A stretch of 64,000 nt of DNA from Zhongshania sp. (GTDB taxonomy: Bacteria > Pseudomonadota > Gammaproteobacteria > Pseudomonadales > Spongiibacteraceae). Positions 1 through 8,759 of this stretch are shown piece after piece; position 1 is the first letter of the stretch; the number at the start of each line of letters is the position of its first letter. The notes under the pieces were generated by a model, which saw nothing but the letters and a program-made list of their open reading frames with translations, had not been told where the DNA came from and ran no database searches. A program made the translations under genes and the position numbers. The DNA lies in the NCBI GenBank assembly GCA_046712405.1, contig JBKEFB010000001.1, positions 12,584-76,583 on the forward strand, given 5' to 3'.

Positions 1-1049
1 TGTACGAGAATTATCGCTTTAACACATGTGTTGTTAATGTCGTAAAAAGTGGAGATAAATGGCTTCTAACGTCAGATAAAGACGGGGTTGAAGCAACGGA
101 TATTTTCGATGGTGTTTTGGTCGCCAATGGCACACTGCATAAACCGAATATGCCCTCACTCTCGGGACATTTTAACGGCGAGTTAATGCACTCTGCAGAC
201 TATTGTAGTGCGGATATTTTTGATGGTAAGCGGGTGTTAGTCGTAGGCTGCGGCAACTCGGCTTGTGATATTGCCGTTGATGCAGTTCACCGGGCAAAAT
301 CCGTCGACTTGTCTGTGCGGCGAGGCTACTATTTTCTACCGAAATTCGTCGCCGGAAGGCCCATCGATACGCTGGGTGGTAAGACACCTTTGCCGCGTCC
401 TTTGAAGCAGAAAGTGGATGCAGCAATGATTCGGATGGTGGTGGGTAAACCGTCGGACTATGGCCTGCCCGACCCCGACTACAAAATGTACGAGTCGCAC
501 CCGGTAATCAATTCGCTGGTGCTCCATTATCTGGGGCACGGAGATATTAACCCCCGTGGTGGCATTCAGGATATACAGGGCAAAAGAGTCTTCTTCAGCG
601 ACGACGGCAGCGCAGAGTACGACCTGATACTCATGGCTACTGGCTATAAGCTGGACTATCCGTTCATGGAGCGAGAACTGTTGAGTTGGAAGGGCGGTGA
701 CGCCCCGTCCATGTATTTGAACTGTTTCCACCCCAATCAACCCGGCTTGTTTATGATGGGCATGATTGAAGCAACCGGCCTAGGCTGGGAGGGGCGCAAT
801 GAGCAAGCCGAAATGGTGGCATTATACCTTAAACAGCGAGACGCCCAAGCCGCTTCGGCGTTAAAACTGCAATCGACAATCGAATCCTTTGGCGGCGAGC
901 GAATGGACGGTGGCTATAACTACCTACAATTGGAGCGTATGGCCTACTACGTTCACAAAGAAACCTATCGCCGCGCAATTACAAAACATATCCGAGAACT
1001 AAAGTCTGACTTGAATACCTCACCCGGATTCCAAGCCAGCCATGTTTAA
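1..1049 (+). CDS. Flavin-containing monooxygenase (FMO family), N-terminus outside the window
   Basis: FMO fingerprint FxGxxxHxxxY (FNGELMHSADY), second Rossmann motif GCGNSA, ATGY motif; frame is open back to position 3. Confidence 0.9.
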   Translation, partial: YENYRFNTCVVNVVKSGDKWLLTSDKDGVEATDIFDGVLVANGTLHKPNMPSLSGHFNGELMHSADYCSADIFDGKRVLVVGCGNSACDIAVDAVHRAKSVDLSVRRGYYFLPKFVAGRPIDTLGGKTPLPRPLKQKVDAAMIRMVVGKPSDYGLPDPDYKMYESHPVINSLVLHYLGHGDINPRGGIQDIQGKRVFFSDDGSAEYDLILMATGYKLDYPFMERELLSWKGGDAPSMYLNCFHPNQPGLFMMGMIEATGLGWEGRNEQAEMVALYLKQRDAQAASALKLQSTIESFGGERMDGGYNYLQLERMAYYVHKETYRRAITKHIRELKSDLNTSPGFQASHV

Positions 1050-1070
1050 TGGTCTGGCGGTAGAACAATA

Positions 1071-2012
1071 ATGTATTCGGATATTCCGGTTCACTTCAGT
1101 CCCCAATCGATATTGCTACTGAACACCATCCTGGCCAGTATGATCTTCGGCGTTTCAATGAGTTTGAAGCGTGAGGATTTGGTGCGTGTTATTCAGCAGC
1201 CTCGAGCACCAATAGCGGGGCTCATCGCTCAGTTTATTCTACTGCCTTCTGCTACTGCATTTTGCTGCTGGTTATTTAACATTGAGCCAGAGCTTGCCAT
1301 GGGTATGATCCTGGTGGCATCTTGCCCTGGCGGCACGTTTTCGAACGTAATGACTTGGCTGGCAAAGGCCTCAGTACCTGTGTCCATCAGCATGACCGGC
1401 GTATCAAGCTTGTCTGCTATTGTCATGACGCCGCTGAATTTCAGCCTGTATTGCTACCTAAACCCTCATACGCGACCTTTGATGCAAGAGATTTCCATCG
1501 ATCCAGGCAATATTTTTGCCCTAGTATTATTGGTTCTAGTACTGCCGATGCTTCTGGGAATGGCGTTTGGCAGACGCCACCCGGTACTGACTCAGCAGGC
1601 TGAAAAGCCTATGCGCCTGGTGACGTTGGGTGTTTTTATTCTGTTTGTTGTGATCGCTTTTCGTAACAACCAAGAGTCGATTTCCAAATACGCTGACCAG
1701 GTATTAATCTACGTTGCACTGCAAAATTTCGGAGCACTTATGTTGGGCAATATTGCCGGTCGCCTAATGAAATTGAGCCAGTCGGAGCGCAGAGCCGTGA
1801 CAATGGAAGTAGGCATCCAAAATTCTGCGCTGGGTTTGACCATTATTTTCACTTTTTTCCCGCAGGCCGGTGGCATGACGTTAATTGCCGGATTCTGGAG
1901 TTTCTGGCATTTATTTGTTGGCCTGCTCCTGGCCATGTATTGGTCGAAGACCTGTGAACCTGAAATAGCTGTTACAGAACCCGATGAAGTCTCAAACCAA
2001 CGTTGCGAGTAG
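1071..2012 (+). CDS. Bile acid:sodium symporter (BASS) family transporter
   Basis: Many TM helices; motifs AQFILLP, CPGGTFSN, EVGIQNSAL. Confidence 0.9.
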   Translation: MYSDIPVHFSPQSILLLNTILASMIFGVSMSLKREDLVRVIQQPRAPIAGLIAQFILLPSATAFCCWLFNIEPELAMGMILVASCPGGTFSNVMTWLAKASVPVSISMTGVSSLSAIVMTPLNFSLYCYLNPHTRPLMQEISIDPGNIFALVLLVLVLPMLLGMAFGRRHPVLTQQAEKPMRLVTLGVFILFVVIAFRNNQESISKYADQVLIYVALQNFGALMLGNIAGRLMKLSQSERRAVTMEVGIQNSALGLTIIFTFFPQAGGMTLIAGFWSFWHLFVGLLLAMYWSKTCEPEIAVTEPDEVSNQRCE

Positions 2013-2055
2013 CAGTTGATCGATTCAAATAAACACATAGCACTACGGAGCGGAT

Positions 2056-2994
2056 ATGTCTGAATCCATACTTATCACCGGCGCGGCGGGCTATATCGGC
2101 AGTAAGCTGGCGGAGCGACTGTGCGATAGATATGCCGTGGTTGGGGTAGACATTCGCGAGCCGGCTGCACTGCACGGACAGTTTTTTACTTGCGATATTC
2201 GCTCTCCTAACTTAAGAGAAATCATCAAGGAAAATAATATCCAGCGGGTTGTACATCTGGCGTCTGTATTGGAAAGCAGTAAAGACGAGCAGCGTGACTA
2301 CGACATTGACGTGAACGGGACCCGAAATGTTGTTGAAGCCTGCATTGACAGTAAGGTAGAGCAACTTATTGTAACCAGTTCCGGTGCTGCCTATGGTTAT
2401 CATGCTGACTCACCGGAATGGATAGATGAGCAAGATCCATTGCGTGGTAATGAAGAGATTCCCTATTCCCGTCACAAGTATTTAGTGGAACAGTATTTGG
2501 CTGATGTACGACGTGATCACCCAGATCTTAAGCAGCTAATTTTACGTCCTGGCACGGTGCTTGGCGCCAATACAAAGAATCAGATCACTAACCTTTTTGA
2601 AAAGCGATTTCTTCTCGGTGTGCGCGGTTCCGACTCGCCTTTTGTATTTGTCTGGGACGAGGATGTACTCGGTGTTATTGAAAAAGGTTTACGAGAGGAA
2701 AGGGAAGGAGCATTCAACCTGGCGGGTGATGGCTGTTTAACGATTTCAGAGGTCGCAGCGCGACTGGACAAACCCCTTTGCAAACTGCCCTCAGCCCTGA
2801 TTAAGACGTTACTGGCGATAGGTTATAAGCTTGGCGTGAGCCGCTACTCGCCGGTACAGGTCAAATTTATTCGTTATCGCCCGGTACTAAGCAACCGTCG
2901 TTTAAAAGAAGAGTTTGGTTATAAACTGCAAAAGTCTTCTGCCGAAACTTTCGACTATTTTCTTGAAAATGCCAGAGCTCGCGGCCAAATATGA
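2056..2994 (+). CDS. NAD-dependent epimerase/dehydratase (extended SDR)
   Basis: TGAAGYIG, TSSGAAYG, YxxxK (YSRHK). Confidence 0.88.
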   Translation: MSESILITGAAGYIGSKLAERLCDRYAVVGVDIREPAALHGQFFTCDIRSPNLREIIKENNIQRVVHLASVLESSKDEQRDYDIDVNGTRNVVEACIDSKVEQLIVTSSGAAYGYHADSPEWIDEQDPLRGNEEIPYSRHKYLVEQYLADVRRDHPDLKQLILRPGTVLGANTKNQITNLFEKRFLLGVRGSDSPFVFVWDEDVLGVIEKGLREEREGAFNLAGDGCLTISEVAARLDKPLCKLPSALIKTLLAIGYKLGVSRYSPVQVKFIRYRPVLSNRRLKEEFGYKLQKSSAETFDYFLENARARGQI

Positions 2995-3007
2995 GTGTGA
3001 TTTTAGT

Positions 3008-3802
3008 ATGACAAAAAACATTGTAATTACAGGTGCGGCAAGTGGTCTGGGGTGGGCGCTAACGCAGGTATTCTACCAGCGGGGAGACTCAGTGCTGCTG
3101 ATTGATCGCGACCAAGCGTTGTTAGACCAACGAAAGCAGGAGCTACGAGATTTATCGCGAGTCAATTTTGGTGTGGCCGATCTTTCTACAACACAGGGAA
3201 TAAGTGACGCATTGTCCTGTATTCATCATCACTATGAACAGGTTGATGTGCTTATCAACAATGCAGGCATTACTCACCGTTCTTTGGCAGCTGAAACTCG
3301 ACCCGAAGTGTTTGCAAAGGTTATGTTTGTCGACTGGCAAGCGCCGGTAGAGCTGGCAATAGGCTTGCTGCCAAAACTGCGGGCGAGCGCGGGAACGATT
3401 ATCAATATGGGGTCGATGGCAGGTTGGATGCCTGTATTGGGAAGAGCCGCATACTGCAGTGCCAAATCGGCACTAACTCAGTTTTTTGAAGTCTTGCGAT
3501 CGGAAGAACGAGACAATGGCGTTCGCGTTTTAATGGTGTACCCCGCTTTTGTGAATACGAATATCGAGCAAAACGCTCTTGGTGGTGATGGCAATAATGC
3601 CAAACATGCACGTTCGACAATCGGTGTGGTCAGTGAGCCTATGCCTTTGGCTGAAGAAATTGCCAAAGCGTTAGATCGACGCATGCCGCGACTGTATCCG
3701 CATCGCGGATTCTGGTTAACCAGCTTGGTGTGGCGCTTATTTCCTGATGTCTTTCATGTGTTGATGCGTCGTAAGTTTTCTGTCGAGTTACAGCAAGGGT
3801 AA
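3008..3802 (+). CDS. Classical short-chain dehydrogenase/reductase
   Basis: TGAASGLG, NNAG, YCSAK; start moved to ATG 3008 (MTKNIVITG) to avoid overlap with the upstream gene. Confidence 0.9.
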   Translation: MTKNIVITGAASGLGWALTQVFYQRGDSVLLIDRDQALLDQRKQELRDLSRVNFGVADLSTTQGISDALSCIHHHYEQVDVLINNAGITHRSLAAETRPEVFAKVMFVDWQAPVELAIGLLPKLRASAGTIINMGSMAGWMPVLGRAAYCSAKSALTQFFEVLRSEERDNGVRVLMVYPAFVNTNIEQNALGGDGNNAKHARSTIGVVSEPMPLAEEIAKALDRRMPRLYPHRGFWLTSLVWRLFPDVFHVLMRRKFSVELQQG

Positions 3803-3833
3803 CTTCTACGCTATAGCGCTCTGGGAAAACACT

Positions 3834-4568
3834 ATGGATCCTTGGGTCTGGTTAGGTCTGAGCATATTTATTGCCTATGGCGTCGCCGCAATCACTGGGT
3901 TTGGAAGCGTGGTGATTGCGCTGGCCATGGGAGCACTGTTGCTTCCTATTGATAGCATGCTACCCGTGCTGGTGCCTCTGAATGTGTGTATGAACGGTTA
4001 TTTAGCCATTAAATACAGGCACCATATTCATTGGCCAACGGTGATCTATATCATATTGCCGTTGATGGCTGCTGGTACATTTTTGGGCTACTTTTTGCAA
4101 CCTTGGCTCGGCGCCCAAACCTTACAGTTGCTATTTGGCCTACTCGTGATTTGGTCTGCGGCTAAAGAACTTTGGCGTGATATGCGTGGCAACAAGCTTG
4201 TAAAACACGGTGTCTGGTGGACGCGAATCTGGACTGGTCTAGCGGGCATAACGCACGGGCTTTTTGCCTCAGGTGGGCCGTTGCTGGTGTATGCCATTGC
4301 CGGTGTACAACTGCAAAAAGCACAGTTTCGCGCTACGCTAACAACGGTTTGGTTCAGCTTAAATAGCTTTCTGGCTATTGCGTACGCTTTTGATGGTAGC
4401 CTGATACCATCTTTGAACAGGGTAATTATTTTTCTGCCGGTTTTAATAGCCGGTGTTGTGATAGGCGAATATTTACACCACAGGGTTAACGAGAAACGGT
4501 TTATACGGTTTGTGTACAGCATGTTACTGCTAACCGGAGTTTTATTAATAATAAGCAAATTTCTATGA
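3834..4568 (+). CDS. TauE/SafE (TSUP) family permease / sulfite exporter
   Basis: About 8 TM helices, ITGFGS and ASGGP motifs, 244 aa. Confidence 0.8.
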   Translation: MDPWVWLGLSIFIAYGVAAITGFGSVVIALAMGALLLPIDSMLPVLVPLNVCMNGYLAIKYRHHIHWPTVIYIILPLMAAGTFLGYFLQPWLGAQTLQLLFGLLVIWSAAKELWRDMRGNKLVKHGVWWTRIWTGLAGITHGLFASGGPLLVYAIAGVQLQKAQFRATLTTVWFSLNSFLAIAYAFDGSLIPSLNRVIIFLPVLIAGVVIGEYLHHRVNEKRFIRFVYSMLLLTGVLLIISKFL

Positions 4569-4617
4569 ATTCGCGAAATAAATAACTATAAATAGCAACG
4601 ACGAGTAGGAAAATACT

Positions 4618-6984
4618 ATGGTTAAAATCAACCGTATAGCGAGCACGCTGACCGTCGCTATGTATGCAGTTACGCTAAGTTTTCCTGCCGTAGCGCAACA
4701 AAAAGACAGAGTGATTGAGGAAATCATGGTCACGGCGCAAAAAACTCAGCAATCACTTCAGGATGTACCGATCTCCATCAGCGCACTTGGCGGTGATTTT
4801 ATGCAAGAGAACAATATTGGTGATCTTGTCGAGGTGTCTACCTACGTGCCTAATGTGCGAGTAGAGTTTACCAGCGCTTCGTCACCACAGGTTTTTATCC
4901 GTGGTTTTGGCACGAACAGTTTTAACCCCAGTTTTGAGCCCGCCGTCGGCTTGGTTGTTGACGAAATATTTTTGGGAAGGCCCGGCTACTTCACGACGTC
5001 GATGTATGATCTGGATCGCGTAGAGGTATTACGTGGTCCGCAGGGAACGCTGTTCGGAAAAAACACCATAGCCGGTGTTTTTAACGTGTCTAGTCGATCC
5101 GTGCCGACGGAAAATGGTGCGGAAGGAAAGCTAAACTTCAAATCTTCAAGTTTTGGTGAGTCAAGAATTGAAGCTGGTATTGGTTATCGGCTTAACTCCA
5201 GCCTAGCGCTGCGTTTGTCGGTTATGGATTGGCAGCGTGACGGTCGCATGGACAATACCTTGCTTGACAGGAAGGAGGACGACCGAGATCAAACAGCATT
5301 CAGGATTAAAATTGAATGGGCACCTTCAGACCGCTTGCTAACGACGCTGATCGCCGACCAGTCGGAAATGAACGTCAACTACTGGCCGCGTCAATTGATG
5401 AAGCTGGACGACGATACCCGTAGTTATTTAATGAACTTTGATTCAGAAGTTGAGGATGATCCGTATGATTTCAAGACAAGCTTTGATGAGAACGGAACGC
5501 TTTTTCAGAGCACAGAAACGGTCAGTCTGAAGGCGCAGTATAATATCGGTGAAGCCATGGGCTTACGGTCGTTTGATACAACGTTGGTGATAGGTTTTTC
5601 AAGGCAGGAAGTGTCTCAAACCCAGGATCTTGATGTTTCACCGGCAGATTTGCTCAACCTGTTTAACCCTGATGACTATGAGCAGGTCAGTGTCGAGTGG
5701 CGATTTAACGCAAGCTCGAACAGCTTTTTCGGTCTAGGCGGTGACGTTGAAACTATCAGCGGAATTTATCTTTTCCAGTCGGATTTCCAGAGTATCGCTG
5801 AAGTGATCATTGGGCAAGATATTGCGTCCTATGCCTTAACTACGGATGGCCAGCAAATGCTTAGCGGTAATTCCAGTGTGCCGAGTACGCTTGTGGGCGG
5901 CTTAATTGGAGGTTTTATTCCTCAACTGACAGGTACGATTAACGAAACCGATTTTTATCGCTTCGATTATTTGCAGGACACCGAGGCTGTAGCTCTGTTC
6001 GGGCAAATGTCATGGAATGTGACTGATCGCTGGGTGATAACACCGGGACTGCGGTACAACCAGGAAATTAAGCGTTTAATACCCACGGGTACCTCTGTGT
6101 GCACCAATAAGGCCATTGCGCCCTGTATAACGTCGACGGTTATCGGTGCCAACGACTATGCACCGGGCACCATCAAGCGAAAAGAGCGAAAACTGTCTCC
6201 TAAATTGTCGGTAAGTTATTACCTGAATGCTGCAGTCAATTTCTACCTATCTACTTCCAAAGGTTTTAAAAGTGGAGGAGTTAATGCGATCTCTTTTACC
6301 GGCGAAGATATTGAGTATGAGTCGGAGGAGGCCACATCGTTTGAGTTAGGGCTACGTAGCCAGTTATTGGAAAACACGCTTAAGTTTAACGCGACGATCT
6401 TTCGTATGAACTTCGACGACTTGCAGGTCCTTGCGTTTAATGGACTGTTTTTCGATGTTACCAATGCGGCCGAGGCTTACTCCGAGGGTATTGAATCTGA
6501 TGTTCAGTGGTTAACACCCTACACGCCGTTGACGATTGACGCGTCCGTCGGTTATTTACGGGCACGTTACAAAAATTACGAAGGAGCTCCGGCGCCAATT
6601 TCAGAAGGTGTTGGGGCATTGCAGGACTTAAGTGGCAAAGAATTGGCTTTTGCGCCTGAAATTACGGCAACACTGATACCCTCTCTCGAATATATACTAG
6701 GCAATTTCAGTGTCAGATCAAATTTGATAATCCAGCATCGTGGCGAGCACTATACTGACACCGACCTCGACCCCAATACCAAGATTGATGCCACCACAAC
6801 CTTGGGCGCAAGCGTGTCGTTACGTCATGAACTTCAGGGTTGGGCGCTCACCTTTGGAGGGAAAAACCTCACAGATGAGCGAACCCTGAATCAGGTCATT
6901 GATACCGCTCTGTTCCCCGGTACGTATAACCCTAGCCAAAACCCTGGGCGGAGTCTCTATGGCTCAGTGAGCTTTCAGTGGTAA
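4618..6984 (+). CDS. TonB-dependent receptor
   Basis: Signal peptide, TonB box IEEIMVTAQK, plug motif VEVLRGPQGTLFGKN, C-terminal Trp. Confidence 0.95.
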   Translation: MVKINRIASTLTVAMYAVTLSFPAVAQQKDRVIEEIMVTAQKTQQSLQDVPISISALGGDFMQENNIGDLVEVSTYVPNVRVEFTSASSPQVFIRGFGTNSFNPSFEPAVGLVVDEIFLGRPGYFTTSMYDLDRVEVLRGPQGTLFGKNTIAGVFNVSSRSVPTENGAEGKLNFKSSSFGESRIEAGIGYRLNSSLALRLSVMDWQRDGRMDNTLLDRKEDDRDQTAFRIKIEWAPSDRLLTTLIADQSEMNVNYWPRQLMKLDDDTRSYLMNFDSEVEDDPYDFKTSFDENGTLFQSTETVSLKAQYNIGEAMGLRSFDTTLVIGFSRQEVSQTQDLDVSPADLLNLFNPDDYEQVSVEWRFNASSNSFFGLGGDVETISGIYLFQSDFQSIAEVIIGQDIASYALTTDGQQMLSGNSSVPSTLVGGLIGGFIPQLTGTINETDFYRFDYLQDTEAVALFGQMSWNVTDRWVITPGLRYNQEIKRLIPTGTSVCTNKAIAPCITSTVIGANDYAPGTIKRKERKLSPKLSVSYYLNAAVNFYLSTSKGFKSGGVNAISFTGEDIEYESEEATSFELGLRSQLLENTLKFNATIFRMNFDDLQVLAFNGLFFDVTNAAEAYSEGIESDVQWLTPYTPLTIDASVGYLRARYKNYEGAPAPISEGVGALQDLSGKELAFAPEITATLIPSLEYILGNFSVRSNLIIQHRGEHYTDTDLDPNTKIDATTTLGASVSLRHELQGWALTFGGKNLTDERTLNQVIDTALFPGTYNPSQNPGRSLYGSVSFQW

Positions 6985-7018
6985 GTCCGAGTAGCCACTA
7001 GAAGAAGGTTTAAGCAGT

Positions 7019-7987
7019 ATGAGTACGAAACAACAGTGGCTGAAATTGCCCAGCAAACACTTCTATATTAGCGGATTGCCCTTCACGCAGGGTGTGCAGT
7101 GGCACCGATTCTCGGATCTTCAGGCAGCCGCTCTTACTGAGGAAGTGCTTAAGCAATCTCGGTTTCCAGCGGGCGCGATGATCCGCTTCTATAGCGATAC
7201 TAGCAGTCTGCGCTTCAAAGTCTCCGCCCTTAGTCCAGCGAAGGAGTCTGGAGTTGACTTGATGGTAAATGGCGATCTATGGCGAACGGTTAGGCTATCG
7301 ACAGATAAGGACGAGATTGAATTCTTCAAAAATGTTGAGCGAGAACATCGCTTACTGGAACTTTATTTGCCAGGCGATCAGGCAATTTCACTGGGTGAGA
7401 TAGGTGTTGACGTTGGCTGTTCGATTGAACCGGCTACCACGTCGGAGGAAGACCCTTCCAATGTGTTTTATGGGTCGTCGATTGTACAGGGTGCCGGCTC
7501 CAAACTGTCCTGTATGAATTACCCTTCTATTATTGCGAGACAACTTGGTACGCCCAGTATCAATTTTGGTTTTTATGGTGCAGGGCGGGGGGAGCCAGAG
7601 GTGGTCTCGGAAATATTAAAGGTGCCGGCGCAAACCATCGTGTTTGACCTTGGTAAGTCATTTGGCAATCAGCCGGCTGAGATTTACGGAAAAATGCTGC
7701 AACAGTCTCGAGATACGCAGCCCGACGCGCGACTTGTTTGTGTTACACCAATCTACTGTTTGCGTGAGCGTTATGACACACAGTTCCGCGAATTTAGTCA
7801 TGTTTTGCGGGCAAAGTTTTCAGAGCAAAGCGCTTTGATTTCAGGTGTGACCGTGATTGACGGATTGCAGTTGCTCGGCGAAAGCGATTGGGCCTGTTTT
7901 TCGCCCGATGGTCTGCATCCAAATGAATGGGGTTATGCGCGGATAGCAGACCGTATGATTGCAAAACTTCAAACGATCAATCACTAA
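7019..7987 (+). CDS. SGNH/GDSL hydrolase family protein
   Basis: Block I YGSSIVQG, NFGFYGAG, block V DGLHP. Confidence 0.8.
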   Translation: MSTKQQWLKLPSKHFYISGLPFTQGVQWHRFSDLQAAALTEEVLKQSRFPAGAMIRFYSDTSSLRFKVSALSPAKESGVDLMVNGDLWRTVRLSTDKDEIEFFKNVEREHRLLELYLPGDQAISLGEIGVDVGCSIEPATTSEEDPSNVFYGSSIVQGAGSKLSCMNYPSIIARQLGTPSINFGFYGAGRGEPEVVSEILKVPAQTIVFDLGKSFGNQPAEIYGKMLQQSRDTQPDARLVCVTPIYCLRERYDTQFREFSHVLRAKFSEQSALISGVTVIDGLQLLGESDWACFSPDGLHPNEWGYARIADRMIAKLQTINH

Positions 7988-8069
7988 TCGCTAGTTTGTG
8001 TAATAAATTTTGTAAGGGGCAACCGCTATAAATCAATCTCTCTCGGCAGAGGCGCTTGGCAGCGAGCCA

Positions 8070-8627
8070 TTGAGTGTCTGGTCGTATTGGGTTTTTCCAC
8101 TAACGTTGGCGATAGGCCTGTTGCTTACGATCTATGCCGCGCGTTTCGTCAATCCCATTGTCGCTGCTGGCTTTATTTCTATTTCCAGCATATTGTTTGT
8201 GGCCTTGTTGGAGCGGCTGCTGCCCTATGGACGCGATTGGAATCGCTCCCGTGGTTATTCTCCAACAGATCTTTGTCACACTTTTCTGCATCAAATACTG
8301 TTGTCGCGCGGACTCAATATTCTCTATACGCTTATTCTTGTGGGAGCAGCAGCCTGGCTAGCAGAGCGATACGGTAGTTCGGTCTGGTCACACCATTGGG
8401 CGCCGGTCTTGCAGTTGCTACTCATGTTGCTGATAGCCGAGTTCGGTCGCTATTGGCGGCACAGATTCTCTCATCGCAGTCCCTGGCTGTGGTGTTTGCA
8501 CGCGGTGCATCACAGCCCCAAGGCTGAATTGATTAATCCTCACTCGAGGTTTGCGTATCATATGACAAAGCCGGCATTGTGTCGGCTTTTTGGTTTTGGT
8601 TTTGGTTTTGGTTTGTCTGATCGGTGA
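8070..8627 (+). pseudogene. Truncated sterol desaturase / fatty-acid hydroxylase family gene
   Basis: His boxes HRFSH and HAVHHS present, third box absent; reading frame runs into a terminator hairpin and a TTTTGG repeat. Confidence 0.7.
8567..8611 (+). terminator. Rho-independent terminator hairpin followed by (TTTTGG)x4
   Basis: aaagccggca-ttg-tgtcggcttt stem, then TTTTGG at 8588, 8594, 8600, 8606. Confidence 0.6.
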
Positions 8628-8759
8628 GGGCCTCTCCAGGTTCGATAAATTGTGCCCACGGCGCAATGTCCTCGTATCTTTAAAGCGCGAGGATGGTAAA
8701 CAGTAATAGCTGGCCAACATCAAACATCCCCCATGTCTAAAAAATACTAATATCTGCAC

